NCBI GenBank assembly: GCA_009914755.4
Contig: CP068257.2
Coordinates: 41,152,001 to 41,216,000, forward strand
Direction of reading: 5' to 3'
Source: the human T2T-CHM13v2.0 reference genome, Homo sapiens
DNA length: 64,000 bases
Part shown: in pieces, positions 59,031-64,000 of the stretch
Layout of the letters: each line of letters opens with the position of its first letter
Numbering within the stretch: the first letter of the stretch is position 1
Made by a program: the position numbers and the translations under genes
The notes under the pieces: model-generated
The model's input: only the letters and a program-made list of their open reading frames with translations
The model's database searches: none
Told to the model about the DNA's origin: nothing

Positions 59031-60721
59031 TAAAGGGCTGAAGAAGAAAAAAAAAAAAAAAACTTTTACCCTAGAATAGTACATCTGGTGAGAAAATATC
59101 CTTAAATAAAGACTTTCCCAGACAAACAAAAGCTGAGGGATTTCACATTCTTTTAAATGCTGTATAATAACCCATAAAATGAATGTACCATATTTAACAC
59201 GTAATGTTTAACACATTATTAAATGCCTAGGGGCATTATTCAATAATGAAGCATGCCTATAAAAACTAGAAAATAGCCTCAAAGGGGTGAATCTAAGAGG
59301 AGGTAGACAAAGAAACAGGGGTAGAAGTTTATTCAAAAAGATAACAACAAAGAACTTTCCAAACCTAGAGAAAGAGATCAATATTCAAGTACAAGAAGGT
59401 TATAGAACACTCCTCACCAGACTTGTCCTACAAGAAACGCTAAGAAAGTTTCTTCAATCAGAAAGAAAAGGACATTAATGAGAAGTAAGAAAACTTCTGA
59501 AGGTATGAAAGTCACTGGTAATAGTAAGTACACAGAAAAACACAGAATATTATAACACTGTAATTATGGTGTGTAAACTACTTTTAAGTAGAAAGACTAA
59601 AAGACGAACCAATAAAAAATAATAACTACAACAACTTTTTAAGACATAGACAGTACAATAAGGTATAGATAGAATCAACAAAAGGTTGAAAAGCAGAGGG
59701 ATGAAGTTAAAGTATGGGGTTTTCATTAGTTTTCTTTTTGCTTACTTATGTAATCAATGTTAAGTTGTCATCAGTTTAAGATAACGCATTATAAGACAGT
59801 ATTTGCAAGCCTCATGTTAACCTCAAATCAAAAAAATGCAATGAATAAGAAATAATAAAAAGCAAGAAATGAAATCATACCACCACAGAAAATCACCTTC
59901 ACTGAAAAGAAGACAGGAAGGAAAGAAGGAAGACCACAAAACAACCAGAAAACAAATTACAAAACTGCAGGAGTAAGTCCTTACTTATCAGTAATACTAA
60001 ACTCTCCAGAAAAGACATAGAGTGGCTGAAAGGATTTAAAAATAAACAAACAAAAACCAAAAAAAGACCCAGTTATCTGTTGCCTACAAGAAACACACTT
60101 CATCTATAAAGACACACACAGAGTGAAAATAAACAGATGGAAAAAGATATTCTATGAATATGGAAACCAAAAGACAGCAGGATAGCTACAGTTCTGTAAG
60201 ACAAGATAGATTTCAAGAGAAAAACTAAAGAAGAGGCAAAGAAGGCCATTATATAAATAATAAAGGAGTCAATTCAGCAAGAGGATATAACAAGTGTAAA
60301 TACATATGCACCCAACACTGGAGCACCCAGATACATAAAGCAAATATAATTAGAGCTAAAGAGAGAGATAGACCCCAATACAACAATAACTGGAGACTTC
60401 AACACCCCACTTTCAGTATTGAACAGATCTTTCAGACAGAAAATCAACAAAAATAATCAGACATAATCTCTGCTATAGACCAAATGGACCTAATAGATAT
60501 TTATAGAACATTTCATCAAACAGTTGCAGCATATACATTCTTCTCCTCAGCACATGGATAGTTCTCAAGGAGAAATAATATGTTAGGTCACAAAACAAGT
60601 CTTAAAACATTCAAAAAACTGAAATAATCTCAAGCATGTTCGCTGCCCACAATGGACTAAAACCAGAAATCAGTACCAAGGGGAATTTTGAAAACTATAC
60701 AAATACATGGAGATTAAACAA

Positions 60722-60830
60722 TATGCTAGAATCGCTCGAACCCAGGAGGTGGAGGTTGCAGTGAGCCAAGATTGTGCCACTGCACTCCAGACTGGATGAT
60801 AGAGCAAGACTCCATCTCAAAAAAAAAAAA
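60722..60830 (+). mobile_element. Alu 3' fragment nested in L1 ORF2
   Basis: gaatcgctcgaacccaggaggtggaggttgcagtgagccaagattgtgccactgcactccagactggatgatagagcaagactccatctcaaaaaaaaaaaaa. Confidence 0.85.
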
Positions 60831-61034
60831 ATTTTAAAAAAAACAAAAACAACATGCTCCTGAGTGACTAGTGGGTCAATGATGAAATTAAGAAGAAAAC
60901 TGAAAATTTTCTTGAAACAAGTGATAACAGAAACACAATATGGGATAAAGCAAAGCAGTACTAATAGGGAAGTTTATAGCCATAGGGTCTACATTAAAAA
61001 AAAAAAAAAGATGCCAGGTGCAGTTTAATCCCAG

Positions 61035-61481
<447 letters not shown>

Positions 61482-62803
61482 TTAAAGAAACAGAAAGGCA
61501 AGAGCAAACCCAACCCAAAATTAGTAGAAGAAAAGTCAGAGAAGAAACAAATGAAGTGAAATGAAGAAAACAATACAAAAGATCAATAAAATAAAAAGCT
61601 GGTTTTTTGGAAAGATAAAATTGACAAACTTTAGCCAGACTAAAAAAAAAAAGAAGATACAAATAAATAAAATTATAGATGAAAAAGGGGGTTATTACAA
61701 CCAATATTGCAGAAACTCAAAGGATCATTAGTGGCTACAGTGAGCACTATATGACAATAAATTGGAAAATCTAGAAGAAATGAATAAATTCCTAGACGTA
61801 TATAACTTGCCAAGATTGAAGCATGAAGAAATCCAAAACCTGAACAGACCAATAACAGGTAACAAGATTGAAACTCTAATAAAAAGTCTCCTAGCAAAGA
61901 AAAGCCCAAGACCCCATGGCCTCACTGCTGAATTCTACCAAACATTTAAAAAACTAATACCAATCCTACTCAAATTATTCCAAAAAATAAAGGAGGAGAG
62001 AATACTTCCAAACTCACTCTACAAAGCCAGTATTATCCTGATACTGAAACTAGACAGACACATCAAGATAAGAAAACTACAGGTCAATATCTCTGATGAA
62101 TATTGATGCAAAAATCCTCAACACAATACTAGCAAACCGAGTTCAACAACACATTAAAAAGATCATTCGTTATGACCAAATGGGATTTATCCCAAAGATG
62201 CAAGGATGGTTCAACATACACAAATCAATCATCACTGTGCTACATTGTTATCAACAGAATGAAAGACAAAAATCATAAGATCATTTCAACTGATGCTGAA
62301 AAATCATTTGAGAAAATTCAATTTCACTTCATGATAAAAACTCTCAAACAACTGGGTATAGAAAGAACACATCTCAACATAATAAAAGCCATATACAACA
62401 GACCTACAGCTAGTATCATACTAAATGAGGAAAAAGTGAAAACCTTTCCTCTAAGATCTGGAACATGACAAGGATGCCTAATTTCACCACTGTTATTCAA
62501 CATAGTACTGGAAGTCCTAGCTAAAGCAATCAGACAAGAGAAAGGAATAAAGAGCATCCAAATTGGAAAGGAAGAAGTCAAATTATTCTTGTTTACAGAT
62601 GATATGATCTTATATTTGGAAGAACCTAAAGACACCACCAAAAAAACATTAGAACTGATAAATTCAGTAAAGTTGCAGGATACAAAATCAACAAACAAAA
62701 ATCAGTAGCATTTTTATATGCCAACAGTAAACAATCTGAAAGAGAAATCAAGAAAGTAATCCATTTACAATAACCACAAATAAAACACCTACAAATTAAC
62801 TTA

Positions 62804-63202
<399 letters not shown>

Positions 63203-63682
63203 TCATGGATTGAAAGAATCAATATTGTTAAAATGTCCATACTTACTCAAAGCAATCTATAGATTCAATGCAATCCCTATCAAAATACCAATGACATTAT
63301 TCACAGAAATATAAAAAAAATCCTAAAATTTATATCAAACCAGCAAAGACTCAGAATAGCCAAAGCTATCCTGAGCAAAAAGAACAAAACTAGAGGAATC
63401 AGATTATCTGACTTCAAATTATACTACAGAGCTATAGTAACCAAGGTGCTAAGATTACAGGTGTGAGCCACCACACTTGGACTTGGCTCCTGTGAGTGTT
63501 TTTGTTTCTTTTTTTTAATTTTTAATTCTTGTGGGTACATAGTAGGTATATATATTTATGGGGTACATGAGATATTTTGGTACAGGCATCCAATGCATAA
63601 TAATCTCATCATGGAATATTGGATTTCTAGCTCCTCAAGCATTTATCTGTTGTGTTACAAACAATCCAATTATACTCTTTTA

Positions 63683-64000
<318 letters not shown>

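Overview
This 64 kb window is primate (almost certainly human) nuclear genomic DNA, not a prokaryotic locus. The first ~12 kb holds the last six coding exons of the cGMP-specific phosphodiesterase PDE9A on the + strand. These are canonical GT-AG exons whose joined translation reads ...[38 protein letters not shown]|[35 protein letters not shown]|[43 protein letters not shown]|[32 protein letters not shown]|LQKKTDSLTSGATEKSRERSRDVKNSEG|DCA*. I recognise this as the PDE9A catalytic-domain C-terminus, including the AQIGF glutamine-switch/phenylalanine-clamp segment. The remaining ~52 kb is repeat-dense intergenic DNA with no convincing protein-coding gene. It contains about 40 Alu copies, many with readable target-site duplications. 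It contains a 5'-truncated SVA retrotransposon flanked by a 15-bp target-site duplication. It contains a complete deleted-form HERV-H provirus on the minus strand: LTR7, internal region, LTR7, with a tRNA-His primer-binding site, a reverse-transcriptase remnant, and a 5-bp GTATC duplication on both flanks. It contains a near full-length ancient L1 (~7.7 kb, + strand) pierced by four Alu insertions, plus two other L1 fragments. It also contains several long low-complexity tracts: (GGAT)n, two CA-rich tracts, a 240-bp polypyrimidine tract and a CCCCA-rich minisatellite. I found no tRNA or rRNA genes, no CRISPR array and no operon-like gene cluster. Most long ORFs in the supplied track are artefacts of stop-free simple repeats or Alu translations. 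I see no evidence of a novel 'system'. The findings below are structural and regulatory observations that deserve a second look.
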